DNA of 64,000 bases, from NCBI GenBank assembly GCA_965248695.1, contig CBDFKD010000002.1, positions 1,024,001 through 1,088,000 of the forward strand, read 5' to 3'. Within the stretch, counting starts at the first letter, position 1; each line of letters begins with the position of its first letter. The DNA is from Acidobacteriota bacterium. GTDB lineage: Bacteria; Acidobacteriota; UBA890; WLXD01. Both the position numbers and the translations under genes were made by a program. Shown here in pieces: positions 9,046 to 19,266 of this stretch. Under the pieces are notes generated by a model. That model was not told the DNA's origin and made no database searches. It worked only from the letters and a program-made list of their open reading frames with translations.

Positions 9046-11865
9046 CTAGCCTGGCGATCCGGTCACCGGTTCCGAGTAACGGGCAGCGTCATCGGGCCGC
9101 CCCATCGCCTCGTACAGCGAGACGAGCGAGCGGCGGGCGCGCTGGGCTTCCTGGGAGTCGACGCCGCGCGCCACCTCGGCGATACGCAGACCAGCGAGCA
9201 TCTCGACCTCGGCCTCGGCATAGGCGCCGCTCTCGTACAAGCACTGACCATACGAGACGCGCCGCACGGCGATGCGCCAATGATCCGGATCGAGAACCTC
9301 CGTCTGGATATCAGCCGCCTCCTGGAAGTACTGCCGCGCCGCCGCCGCATCCTCGAGATAGCACACCAGCCTCGCCAGCCGCATGAGACCGACGGCAACC
9401 ATGGCGTTGCGCTCACCGTAGTTGTCGCGAAACAGGTCGACCGCGACGCGCGAGTGGCGTTCCGCTTCCGCATAGCGTTTGACCTGGCTGAGCGCCACCG
9501 CCAGGTTGTGCCGCAGGATACCGGCGCGCCCATCGCCGGTGGCACCGTGCTCCTCGCGTAGTCGAAGCGCTTCCTCATAGGAGGCGATTGCTTCCCCGTA
9601 GCGCGATTGAGCTCGCAGGTTGGCGCCGAGGTTCGAGTACGTGGTGGCAATCTGCAGCGGCGGCGCCCCTGAATCCGTGCGCTGGGCGATGACCTGACGA
9701 TAAAGCGCCTCGGCCTCGCTCGATCGACCGCCGGTGTTGAGTGCCACTGCCAGCGACTCGGTCGCCATCACCGTCTCCGGATGGATCGGCCCGTAAACCT
9801 CGCGGCGGATCTCGACGGACTCTTGCACGGCGACGATCGCGCCGTCGAAATCGCCCTTGGTGCGCAACGCAGTGCCGAGGTTCATGAGGCGCGTCGACAG
9901 GGGCACACGCGACGCCGGCAGGTCGGCGCGCGCCAGGCGCACAGCGTCGCGCAGAAGAGGTTCCGCCTCGTCGGTGTCTCCCAACCGCGACAGCGCCACC
10001 CCGAGATCGTTCTCGGCTTCGCCGATGAGCCCGGCGTCGGCCGGCAGCTCGGCAGTGCGAATCTCCAGCGCCTGGCGCAGCGGCGCCAGCGCCTCGCGAT
10101 ACGCACCGGCATGAATGTGCACGCCACCGAGGCTGTTGAGCGCCTCGGCACGGTCGAGCGGCGATGCACCAGCCTCGACGCGTAGCTGCACCGCCCGCTG
10201 CGCCGCCTCGAGCGCTGCCTCGTTGTCGCCGGCAAGACGCAGCACAGTGGCAAGGCCCAGCAGCGTCGGCGTGATGGCAACATTGTCACCGCCCTGATCG
10301 GCGACGCGGATCTCCAGACTTTCTCGATACAGCTGCTCGGCACGAGGATATTGACCGAGACTGCGAAAGACGCTGGCAACGCGATCCAGCAGGGCGGCAC
10401 GCAACACCGGCTCGCCGGCCAGTTGCACCCGCATGCGTACCAGCCCGTGGTCGAGCATCTCCATCGTGGAACCGACCTCCCCCGTCCCGGTCGCCGGATC
10501 GACGCCCTCGAACAGATCCGCCAGCAGGCCAGTCACCCGGCGAGTGCGCTCGAGCTCACGCGTGGTCTCTTCCTGCGCCCTGCGGGCAACTTCGTAGGCT
10601 GCTTGCACACTGCGCGACTGATAGATGGTTGCCACGGTGAAGCCGACAACAACGGCGGCGACGGCGGATATGGCCGCGACCGCCAGGGCGTTGCGGCGCA
10701 CGAACTTGCGGGCGCGATACGCGACCGACGGCGGTCCAGCCGCCACCGGTCGGTGCTCGAGGTGCGCTTGCAGGTCGTCGCCGACGTCCGACGCAGCGGC
10801 GTAGCGCTCTTCGGGATTACGGGCCATCGCCTTGCTGATGATCCAGTCGATGTCCCCCTGGATTTGCGAGCATAGGCCCCCGGGCGTGGTGGATCGGCTG
10901 CCCGCAACTCGCTCCAGCTCGACATCGGAGTGAGCTTCGATCACGGCGCTCGCCAGCGGCCCCTCGCCGGGCGTCCACTCGCCGCTGGCGCAATCACCGA
11001 CAGACCCCGGCAGCCTACCGGTGAGCAACTCGAACAGCATGACCCCGAGCGCGTAGATGTCGGCGCGCGTATCCACGTCACGGTCGGCCGAGCGCTGTTC
11101 AGGGCTCATGTACTCCGGCGTACCGACGACGCGACCGATGTCCGTCGCCCCGTCCCCTACGGCGGTGACGTCGAGCGCCTTGGCAACACCGAAATCGATC
11201 ACCTTGGGCATTGGGCCCTGCTCACCTTCGACGACGAGGACGTTGGAGGGCTTGATGTCGCGATGAACGATGCCCTTCTGGTGCGCGTGCTGCAGCGCGT
11301 TGCACACCGCCCGGAGGAGCTCGACACGGGCTCGAATTGAAAGGTCGAGACCGTCGCAATAGGCGTCGATTGCCGTACCGGTGACCAGATCCATGACGAA
11401 GTAGGGGCTACCGTCGTCGGCCGTTCCGGCATCCAGAACGCGGGCGATGTTGGGGTGTTGCATACGGCCCAGAGCATCCTGCTCGGTGCGGAACCGGCGC
11501 ATGACCTCCTTGGAGTTCATCCCGGCTCGTACGAGCTTCAGCGCTACGCGGCGACGGATCGGCTCCTGCTGGGAGGCGGCGAACACGACACCCATACCGC
11601 CTTCTCCGATGATCTCTTCGAGCCGGTACGGTCCGACGTGTCGTCCGAGCCAGTAGCGGCGAAACTCGTCCGCGTCGGCATCGTAGAGGGGCCGGTCTAG
11701 CACGCCCTCTGGCTGCTCATGCGCCGCCAACAGAAGGCGCAGCTCTCCGACCAGCGGCGCGTCGTCGCCGCCGAGCCGGGCCACTAGCTCGTGGCGCTGC
11801 TCAGGCGGCACATCGAGGACGCGGTCGAAGACCTCGATCAGCCGCGCCCAGTTCTGCGACTCCAT
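9046..11865 (-). CDS. Hanks-type Ser/Thr protein kinase with TM helix and C-terminal TPR repeats
   Basis: GEGGMGVV, VALK, HRDIKPSN, DFG, GTPEYMSPEQ and DIYALG motifs, a TM segment, then kinesin-light-chain-like TPRs. Confidence 0.95.
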   Translation of the reverse strand: MESQNWARLIEVFDRVLDVPPEQRHELVARLGGDDAPLVGELRLLLAAHEQPEGVLDRPLYDADADEFRRYWLGRHVGPYRLEEIIGEGGMGVVFAASQQEPIRRRVALKLVRAGMNSKEVMRRFRTEQDALGRMQHPNIARVLDAGTADDGSPYFVMDLVTGTAIDAYCDGLDLSIRARVELLRAVCNALQHAHQKGIVHRDIKPSNVLVVEGEQGPMPKVIDFGVAKALDVTAVGDGATDIGRVVGTPEYMSPEQRSADRDVDTRADIYALGVMLFELLTGRLPGSVGDCASGEWTPGEGPLASAVIEAHSDVELERVAGSRSTTPGGLCSQIQGDIDWIISKAMARNPEERYAAASDVGDDLQAHLEHRPVAAGPPSVAYRARKFVRRNALAVAAISAVAAVVVGFTVATIYQSRSVQAAYEVARRAQEETTRELERTRRVTGLLADLFEGVDPATGTGEVGSTMEMLDHGLVRMRVQLAGEPVLRAALLDRVASVFRSLGQYPRAEQLYRESLEIRVADQGGDNVAITPTLLGLATVLRLAGDNEAALEAAQRAVQLRVEAGASPLDRAEALNSLGGVHIHAGAYREALAPLRQALEIRTAELPADAGLIGEAENDLGVALSRLGDTDEAEPLLRDAVRLARADLPASRVPLSTRLMNLGTALRTKGDFDGAIVAVQESVEIRREVYGPIHPETVMATESLAVALNTGGRSSEAEALYRQVIAQRTDSGAPPLQIATTYSNLGANLRAQSRYGEAIASYEEALRLREEHGATGDGRAGILRHNLAVALSQVKRYAEAERHSRVAVDLFRDNYGERNAMVAVGLMRLARLVCYLEDAAAARQYFQEAADIQTEVLDPDHWRIAVRRVSYGQCLYESGAYAEAEVEMLAGLRIAEVARGVDSQEAQRARRSLVSLYEAMGRPDDAARYSEPVTGSPG

Positions 11866-11886
11866 GCCCTCGTCTCCGTCCGGCAG

Positions 11887-12390
11887 CTACTCAGCCTCGT
11901 ACGTGGCGCTCAGCGAAAGCGTCTCGCTACCTCGGATCGGGTTTCCCTGAGCCTCTATCACCGTGATAGTCGCCGACTGCCCCGCCTCGAGGTCGATGGG
12001 CTGCTTCACGACTACCCTGGTGCGCTTCAACTGACCGTTGCCTTTGACCCGGACGTTCGCCGAGACCACCGTGTCGCCGTCGATGGCGAAGTCGAACCGC
12101 AGCCTTCCTGGGGCCGACCCGTACCGGCCACCGGCCGGCGTCAGCGTGCCCTCGAAGACTACCGCGCCCGGCGGGATTGTAAGTGGCCCCGAGTCGGTGA
12201 ATGTCAGAACCTCGAAGGTCGCTCCCGGTGCCGGGAACGGCACGATCAGCACATCGTATTGGAACGCGAGCGTGGTCCAATCGCAGCCGGCGCCCAGCAC
12301 CAGCATCAGCAACGCCACTGTGCGAGCCAGGCGCCTTCTCGAACAACGCGGGCAGCTCTGCGCCGATATCGTTCGGTCGGCTCGCATCAT
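11887..12390 (-). CDS. Hypothetical lipoprotein
   Basis: Hydrophobic stretch ending LGAGC (lipobox-like) and a beta-rich mature part. Stop lies 21 bp before the kinase ATG. Confidence 0.6.
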   Translation of the reverse strand: MMRADRTISAQSCPRCSRRRLARTVALLMLVLGAGCDWTTLAFQYDVLIVPFPAPGATFEVLTFTDSGPLTIPPGAVVFEGTLTPAGGRYGSAPGRLRFDFAIDGDTVVSANVRVKGNGQLKRTRVVVKQPIDLEAGQSATITVIEAQGNPIRGSETLSLSATYEAE

Positions 12391-12625
12391 CGCGAGCCCA
12401 GCTCGGTACGCAGGCCCTCTGGCTGGCGGGCCGAGGTTGCCCCCGCCGTTGGACGGTCTCTCCGAAAACGATCAAAAACGTGCGCCTCCTGCCCAGCTTG
12501 TGGTCGAGACGAATCAGACTGCTGACCAGACATGCGCATTCCGGCCCACAATCACGCCATGACGGTGTGACGCGTCCGTACCTGATCCGCGTAGCGGCGA
12601 CCGTGAACCGGATCGGAGCGCGTGC

Positions 12626-13213
12626 TCAGCCGGTCGCGGGCCTCTCGGGCGTGGCCAATCGACTGTGCAGCCAGGCTCGACCACCCGACCAGATGCGATC
12701 GACGGTACGCGGTGAAATATCGAGCGTGCGACTGATCTCGTCGACGGTGAAGCCGGCGAAGTACCGCAGCTTGATCACCAGCGCCATGCGCTCGTCCTGA
12801 GACTCGAGCTCGCCGAGCGCAGCATCGAGGCTCAGGAGCTCCGCGGCACGGGGCTCCGATAATCCGGCGGCTTCGCCGAGCTCGACACGTCGCAGATCGC
12901 CGCCGTGCTTGTGGGCCGCCTGCCGCCGCGCACGGTGCACGAAGTAGCGGCGCATCGCCTCGGCTGCGGCCCCGAAGAAATGGCGCCGATTCTCCCACGA
13001 GCCCCCATTGGGCCCCAGCAGTTGCAGAAACACCTCGTGTACCAGAGCCGTTGCCTGGATGGTCTGCCCGGGCCGCTCGCGCGCCATGCGCGCGCGAGCC
13101 ATGGCACGCAGCTCGTCGTAGACGATGTCGAGTAGCTCGTCAGTGGCCCCTTCCCTGCCACCCTCGATCTCGTCCAGGAGGCGGGTGATCGGCGCCCTTG
13201 GCGGGTCACTCAT
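12626..13213 (-). CDS. ECF sigma-70 factor of the kinase-associated (Planctomycete-type) class
   Basis: ITRLLDE..ATDELLDIVYDELRAMAR, QATALVHE, HFFGAAAEAMRR and LRYFAGFTVDEI. Start taken at ATG 13213. Confidence 0.92.
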   Translation of the reverse strand: MSDPPRAPITRLLDEIEGGREGATDELLDIVYDELRAMARARMARERPGQTIQATALVHEVFLQLLGPNGGSWENRRHFFGAAAEAMRRYFVHRARRQAAHKHGGDLRRVELGEAAGLSEPRAAELLSLDAALGELESQDERMALVIKLRYFAGFTVDEISRTLDISPRTVDRIWSGGRAWLHSRLATPERPATG

Positions 13214-13395
13214 GGGAGTACAAGTCGACTTTGGATGCCGCGCATGAACCAGTCCTACTACGTCGGTGGCCAAGGAAGGAAGGGAAATAGGAGGATGGAC
13301 CGCGGAGAGGTGCACGCCTCCGCGCTGCCTGCGGGCTGGCGGTGGGCGACTAACGTAGAGTGCGTTGAACAGCCTCCCGGAGCGAAGCGGGGACA

Positions 13396-14217
13396 TTGAA
13401 CCAGCGCAATCTGAGAACTCGACAGCGAACGGTCACCAAAGAACCGTTCGCGCTCGCGGAGACGTTGCAAGGGCGCGAGCTCGCCACCGTCCGACGGCGG
13501 GGTGCCGCAATGGCGGTAGACGTCGTCATATGGGCACTGGTCTCGATGCCGCTGGTGGCGGCAATTCTCTACACCGCCATGTACCTGCAGACGCCGACGC
13601 TGGCGCGCGTCATGCGTGACATCGCCGTCGGCCGAGGGGCAGGCGATAGCAGCACGGGGGTGGCCGAGATCCTGGCGCTGGTCGAGCGACGGCGGCCCGG
13701 CGCACTGCCCAATCATCTTGCCGAGCCAGCCGCCGCCGGTGACCTGGAGAAGCTCGCAGAGCTACTGAAAGACGAGGCTTTTGGCGTCTCGGCAACGTTC
13801 GACGCCGAGCCGTCGCACTTCGACACGCGCCAGAACGTACTGCATGTGAATCGCGATGTGATCTTCGGACGGCTCAGTCCGATGGTCAGCTTCGCGGCCA
13901 TCGGTATCGTGCTGTCGAGCCTGGTCACCTGGCTGAGCAGCGGCCGCTCGCCGGGAAAGTGGCTCTTCGCTATCCGCACGGTCAAGCTCGACGGAACTCC
14001 GCTGACCTTCGCCGACGCTTTCAGCCGCGCCGGCGGCTACACAGCAAGTCTGTCGACCCTCGGCATGGGGTTCGTCAGCGCTCTGCGCGATCCGAACCGC
14101 CAGGCCCTGCACGACCGAGTGGCACGAACGGTGGTCATCCGCGATCACGGCCGCGCTGGGCTCGTCGTCAGGCTGTGGCAACGACTGCGCCCCGGAACCC
14201 CCGACCAAGACCCCTGA
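13396..14217 (+). CDS. RDD family membrane protein
   Basis: RRGAAMAVD, GRSPGKWLFAIR and QALHDRVARTVV motifs. Confidence 0.85.
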   Translation: MNQRNLRTRQRTVTKEPFALAETLQGRELATVRRRGAAMAVDVVIWALVSMPLVAAILYTAMYLQTPTLARVMRDIAVGRGAGDSSTGVAEILALVERRRPGALPNHLAEPAAAGDLEKLAELLKDEAFGVSATFDAEPSHFDTRQNVLHVNRDVIFGRLSPMVSFAAIGIVLSSLVTWLSSGRSPGKWLFAIRTVKLDGTPLTFADAFSRAGGYTASLSTLGMGFVSALRDPNRQALHDRVARTVVIRDHGRAGLVVRLWQRLRPGTPDQDP

Positions 14218-14245
14218 TCACGCCAGTGGCCCGTTACAGGCCACC

Positions 14246-14519
14246 AGTGGCCTGTAACAGATGAACGTTGCCTATCGCAGATGGGATTTGCGGGTGAGAT
14301 CAAGGCACGCCGAGGACGGCGATGCAGTGAGCATCGTCGACGAGGTGCAACGCCGATATCGCCCGCAACTGCCCATCTGTCCATAGGATGGCGGCGAAAT
14401 GGACCCGTCTGCGGCGTTGCTCCTCCTCGAAGATGGGCCAACATCGTCTCGTCGTAGCGCCTGGCATCCGAGCCCATTTCGCCACCACGATAGGCAACGT
14501 TCATCTGTTACAGGCCACT
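14246..14519. mobile_element. MITE-like non-autonomous element (274 bp) with perfect 32-bp terminal inverted repeats
   Basis: AGTGGCCTGTAACAGATGAACGTTGCCTATCG at 14246-14277 and its exact reverse complement at 14488-14519. No transposase inside. Confidence 0.75.
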
Positions 14520-15903
14520 AGTACGGAGCCAACTGCTCCGCCGTGGGCTCGGCTCAGCAGTACCACGGCTCGGTGAGGTAGGGGATCGTGGCGCGCGCCG
14601 GCAGGTCCGGGAGATCGGCACGAGGCGGAACGCCTTGCGCCGCGCGTGTCGCGTCCCATACCTGCTCGAATATCTGGCCGCGGCCGTGACCCGCTCTGGC
14701 TGCATCGGCAACGAGCTGCTCGACTCGACGCTGCAACGCATCGACGCGAGGGTCGTCATGCGCCCATGGATGGCCGAGGACAGCCTCGTCGTAGCGACCG
14801 ACCTGGGCCGTCACCTCTGGTAGCTCGAGCAATCTCGAGCCACCCGGGATCAACAAGCGAATCGCCAGCTGGATCGGTGTCACCTGGCCGACGAGGCCGA
14901 GCTCCACGAGCACGGCAAGCAGGTCGGCGTAGCCGCTCAGCGTTGTCCATGGAGTGAACGCAACGAACGTCGGCTGCAAATGCAGGCCCGAGGCCCGACA
15001 GAGCTCCACCGCCCGGACGAAGTCGGCTCGAGTATGGCCCTTCTCGAGGAGCTTCAAGGTGTCGTCGTCGATCGACTCGACAGCGCTGGTCACCAGCACG
15101 CAGCCAGTGTCGCGCAGCAGCGGCAGGTAGTCCCGGTGTTGGAGGAGGTGCTCGATCTTGATCGTCACGTCGTAGGACACCTCAGGGAAACGGTCGTGAA
15201 GGCCCTCTACGATGCGCACCGCGTGACGCGGCCCGTTGAAGAAATCGGGGTCCCCGAAAGTGATGTGCTGGGCGCCGGCTTCGACCTGTTGCACCACGTC
15301 GGCCAGCACCACTTCACGCGGTACAACGCGAAACTTGCCGTCGTAGATGGGCACCACGGGACAGTGGCGGCAAAGATGCTTGCAGCCGCGCGACGCCTCG
15401 GTCGCCCCGACGATGCGCTCGCTACCATCGGGCATGCAAAGACGAGCGTACTGCCCCAGATCGGGAAGACCGTTGCGGTCGGGAACCCGGAAATCAAGCC
15501 GCTCGTGGGAGATGCGGACAGCACCGTTGCTCACCGGCGCGGGATGCTGGCGCACGAACTCGACGATCTCGCGCTCGAACTCCCCGCCGGCGAGAAGGCA
15601 CACTCCCAGAGGTCGGAGCTCGCTCTCACAGACCGGCGCGTAGAGGCCCCAGGCGAAAAGCCCCGCGTCGGGGTTCCAATCGCGCAGCCGCGGCAACAGC
15701 CTCAGCGCGATGCGCGTGGCGGTGTACATCGGCAGGTACAACCCGATGGTGTCGGCGCGCCGTACCGCATCCTCGTCGAGGTCCTCGATCGACAGATCCA
15801 GACACTCCACATCGGCGCCCGTCTCGCGCACCCACGCCGCCGGCGACGCCAGCCCGAACGGCTGACGCCCGAGTTCGTAGGTCGAGATCAACAGGACTCG
15901 CAC
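14518..15903 (-). CDS. CUAEP-tail B12-binding radical SAM selenoprotein (TGA at 14554-14556 read as Sec)
   Basis: CKHLCRHC radical SAM motif and N-terminal cobalamin-binding-like domain. Reading through TGA gives ...YLTEPWYC-U-AEPTAEQLAPY-TAG, the tail that defines the CUAEP/CCAEP family. Confidence 0.88.
14523..14541 (-). promoter_or_regulatory. Candidate bacterial SECIS hairpin
   Basis: GCGGAGC-AGUUG-GCUCCGU stem-loop starts 12 nt 3' of the in-frame UGA. Confidence 0.6.
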
Positions 15904-16041
15904 TGGGCTCCCCGGCTATCGGTGTGTCGGGCAGTGTGTCACCGGTATCGGCACCACGTCGCCGGAACGACAGGCGTGCGGCACGGCGCGGAGGGTATGC
16001 TGCCACCAAGCGTTCAACACCGTCTGGAGGAGCTTACCCCG

Positions 16042-16980
16042 GTGTCGATTCGACCAGTGAAGCGTCTCGTCAATGCCGCGCCGCATGTCGAGGGTGCCGG
16101 AGTGCACCTGCGACGGGCCTTCGGGTTCGGCAACACCGACGATTTCGACCCGTTCCTGCTGCTGGACGATTTCCGCAACGACGTACCCGAGGAGTATCTG
16201 GCGGGCTTCCCGTGGCACCCGCACCGCGGCATCGAGACCATCACCTACGTGCTGGCGGGCACCGTCGAGCACGGCGACAGTCTCGGCAACGAGGGTGCGA
16301 TCACGCCGGGAGACGTGCAGTGGATGACAGCCGGCAGCGGCATCATCCACCAGGAGATGCCACACGGCGACGCCAATGGGCGCATGCACGGGTTCCAGCT
16401 GTGGGCCAACCTGCCGCGGGCCTCCAAGATGACGCCGCCTCGGTATCAGGACATCAAGTCGGCGGACATTCCCGAGGTAACCGACGACGACGGCACCCGA
16501 GTGCGGGTGATCTGCGGCAACGTCTGGGGGGCGACCGGTCCGGTGGACGGCATCGACGCGGATCCGCACTACATCGACGTATCGATTCCGCCGAACACCA
16601 GGAAACGGATTCCGGTCGAGACGGCGCGCCAGGCGTTCGCCTATGTATTTGCCGGTGCCGGCGAGTTTGCTGACGCCTCCGATCCGCTAGCGGCACCGAC
16701 GGAATGGGTCGATCCGAGCGCCAGCGACGTCATCCTCGAAGGCGAGCCGACGCGCGGTCGGCCAACCCAGGCGGACAATCGCTCCCTCATACTGTTCGAC
16801 CGTGGCGACGAGATCGTGGTCGAGTCGGGCGAGACCGGTCTGCGCTTCCTGCTCGTGTCCGGCAGGCCGCTGCAGGAACCGGTGGCCTGGCACGGCCCAA
16901 TCGTCATGAATACCCGCGCCGAGCTCGCACAGGCGTATCGCGATCTTCAGGACGGTACGTTCCTGAAGTCGACGCCCTAG
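16042..16980 (+). CDS. Pirin family protein
   Basis: EGAGVHLRRAFG, DPFLLLD, GFPWHPHRGIETITY, WMTAGSGIIHQE, FQLWANL and GPIVMNT. GTG start after GGAGG; the longer ORF-track start is spurious. Confidence 0.93.
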   Translation: MSIRPVKRLVNAAPHVEGAGVHLRRAFGFGNTDDFDPFLLLDDFRNDVPEEYLAGFPWHPHRGIETITYVLAGTVEHGDSLGNEGAITPGDVQWMTAGSGIIHQEMPHGDANGRMHGFQLWANLPRASKMTPPRYQDIKSADIPEVTDDDGTRVRVICGNVWGATGPVDGIDADPHYIDVSIPPNTRKRIPVETARQAFAYVFAGAGEFADASDPLAAPTEWVDPSASDVILEGEPTRGRPTQADNRSLILFDRGDEIVVESGETGLRFLLVSGRPLQEPVAWHGPIVMNTRAELAQAYRDLQDGTFLKSTP

Positions 16981-17006
16981 CCGGGCGCAAAGTGCGGGTC
17001 GGTCGC

Positions 17007-17144
17007 GGAGGCGTCGCTGAGACCGTCAACTTCGACCAAATCAAGCGCGACTACCACGTCATGCATGGATCGATCAATCCGAGCGATATCGAGCCCGCCG
17101 GCCCGCTGATCGACGTCGGCGAGCCTCACGGTCGTGAGGCCTGA
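17007..17144 (+). pseudogene. C-terminal remnant of a glutathionyl-hydroquinone reductase (YqjG-like GST)
   Basis: GVAETVNFDQIKRDYHVMHGSINPSDIEPAGP..EPHGR resembles the conserved YqjG C-terminus. No 5' part is present. Confidence 0.6.
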
Positions 17145-17169
17145 CCACTACCCTCTACCGGAGACGAAC

Positions 17170-17649
17170 ATGACCAAGTCGAACCTCACTACTGCGCTGG
17201 CCGGAGCCCTGCTGGCACTGTTTTGCGTGGCGCTGCTGCCGACGAGCGGGGCTGCGGATTGGATCAAGCGACCGACCGCGATTCGTAACTTGCAGACGAC
17301 GTCGATGGACCCGGGCGAAGATGAGCACGCGTTCCCGATCGATCCTGACGGGCAGTTCGACAACCTGGTCCCGTACCTGGTGCCATCCAACGGTGTTTTG
17401 GTCGTCACGACGCTGACGGTGATCCCCCAACTGCCCGACAGCGGCAACAATTTGATCACCGTGTTTCAGCGAGACGCCGATGAGAATCTCTTCTCGCGTG
17501 GGTTTTTCTGGGTCCCCAATGATCGGACGACGCAGCTTCAGTTTGCCGCCGGGATCGTCGTCGCGGGAGATTTCGAGATCATCATCGCCAACAACGGTCG
17601 TAGCGACGGCGAGGTTCTGGTGCACCTCGATGGCTATCTGGATCGCTAG
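17170..17649 (+). CDS. Hypothetical secreted protein
   Basis: GGAG RBS, signal peptide and a beta-rich body ending HLDGYL. Confidence 0.65.
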   Translation: MTKSNLTTALAGALLALFCVALLPTSGAADWIKRPTAIRNLQTTSMDPGEDEHAFPIDPDGQFDNLVPYLVPSNGVLVVTTLTVIPQLPDSGNNLITVFQRDADENLFSRGFFWVPNDRTTQLQFAAGIVVAGDFEIIIANNGRSDGEVLVHLDGYLDR

Positions 17650-17685
17650 ACTGTTGACTTCTTCCGCGATCCTCGCTCAACCCGA

Positions 17686-19138
17686 ATGACGAAACAAGAG
17701 GAATCAATGCACTCGACGCGGCCATCCTTAGCCTGGCGACGCGGGCAGCTTATCGCGCTGGCGCTGTTGCTGATCGCCCCGGTACCGGTCCCGGCCTCGC
17801 AATCGGTGCACGGCGCGCAGCGAGCGACCAAGGCGCTCCCGAAGGTCACGCAGTACGCGGCAACCGTGATCGGCAACGAATGGTGCACTGACCACACCCT
17901 CTACAATGCGGGAAGCACATCCCGGGGCACCTTCGAGGTGCACGGCTCCCCGTCTTCGGAAGAGGACTTCACGCTACGCCGCCATCGCATCTGGAAGAAG
18001 CAGATCTGCGGCGGTGAGCTCCCCGACATGATCGGCACCGCCGCAATCAAAGCCAACGGCGGCATTCTCACCTGAGAACGCGCGTATTTCGGCAGCTTGC
18101 CGACGGAACCTCTCCGGCGGGGACCGTCATCGAGCCCCTCGTGGCAATCGAGAGCCCCGATACGCCAGTGCTGATCCTGCCGCCGCGCGCCAAGGACACC
18201 TCGGCGTTCATCGCGGGATCCAACGTCGGCGACGTGGCTGGGGGGTTCCAGGGTTTCGCCAACAACGGCAACAACGGCTCGTTGGGCAACCCGTTGAACG
18301 TCAACCTCGACGCCCACACCTTCCCGACGACGGACTTTTCCAACAGCAGCGCGAACCAGCCGTGGACGATATTCACCGTCCCGTTCGGCGGGCCCCTCGT
18401 GTTCTACTCCATCACTTACCCGCCCAACGGCGACGTGATCATCGTGCCGGTCACATCGACTGGTGCGCGCACGAGCTACTATCCGGTCCCACCTCCCGAT
18501 TTGACCGACTACTCCCTGCGCATCTACGCGTTGGGTCGCGCGGCACAGACGGTCACCGCGGAGCTGAACGGCTTCCCGACTGGCGACGTATTCACCGGCG
18601 ACGTACTTCCCGGTCAAATCGAGAGATTTGACGGCCTGAACGGCGCCAACTCCTTCTTCGGCGTCAGCGACAGGCCCATAGTGGGGGATTTCGACCAAGA
18701 CGGCATTGACGACCTCGGCGTATGGTTCCCGACGACGCCGTGGCGACGCCCGGCCAGGACTCCGAGTGGCGTTTTCTGACACCGAGCTTCCCGCTCACAA
18801 CGTCCAAGCGCAACGTCGCCATCGGTGCCGTTCTCTCCGAAGACACGCAGGTCACGCATTCGATCCAGAATCTCGGCGACCAGCCGGCCACAGGGACGCG
18901 CATATTCCGCGACGCCAACGGCAAGAAGCTGCTGTCAAAGAAGTTCACGGTGGCGCCGTGGTCCGCTGACACGATCGATTTCCCTGAGAGCGCGCGCGAC
19001 CTGGACGTCAGCGTGCTGACCAAGATGCGCCGCAAGCTCGAGTTCAGGACCCACATCATCGAGCGGCTCGTCAAGGGCTCGCGTGGCTCGCGTGGCGACG
19101 TCGAGGTCAACGTGATCAACGGGAACAACTTGAAGTAG
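17686..19138 (+). CDS. Secreted beta-rich protein with an FG-GAP-like motif, split by two apparent frameshifts (~18072, ~18730)
   Basis: ORFs 17686-18075, 18141-18779 and 18722-19138 join by single-base shifts (..GGIL/LRTRVFRQ..; ..GVWFP/DDAVAT..). Contains PIVGDFDQDGIDDLGV. Confidence 0.55.
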
Positions 19139-19266
19139 CAAGGCGCCTGCACACTCCGCCGAACCGAGTCGTCGAGGCGAGATGGGGGCCGGGTAGTCGA
19201 TGGTCGCATTGTGGCGGACGCTAGCGCGGCCCGTCCAGGCTGCGGCGCGGCCAGACCGCGAGCCGC

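Noticed and set aside
13214-13396. N-terminal extension of the ECF sigma factor in the ORF track
   Set aside because: Family similarity begins at ATG 13213. The extension covers the divergent intergenic region.
14980-16041. 666-aa ORF suggesting a long N-terminal fusion to pirin
   Set aside because: The extension is the antisense shadow of the radical SAM gene. A GGAGG RBS and GTG at 16042 give a normal pirin.
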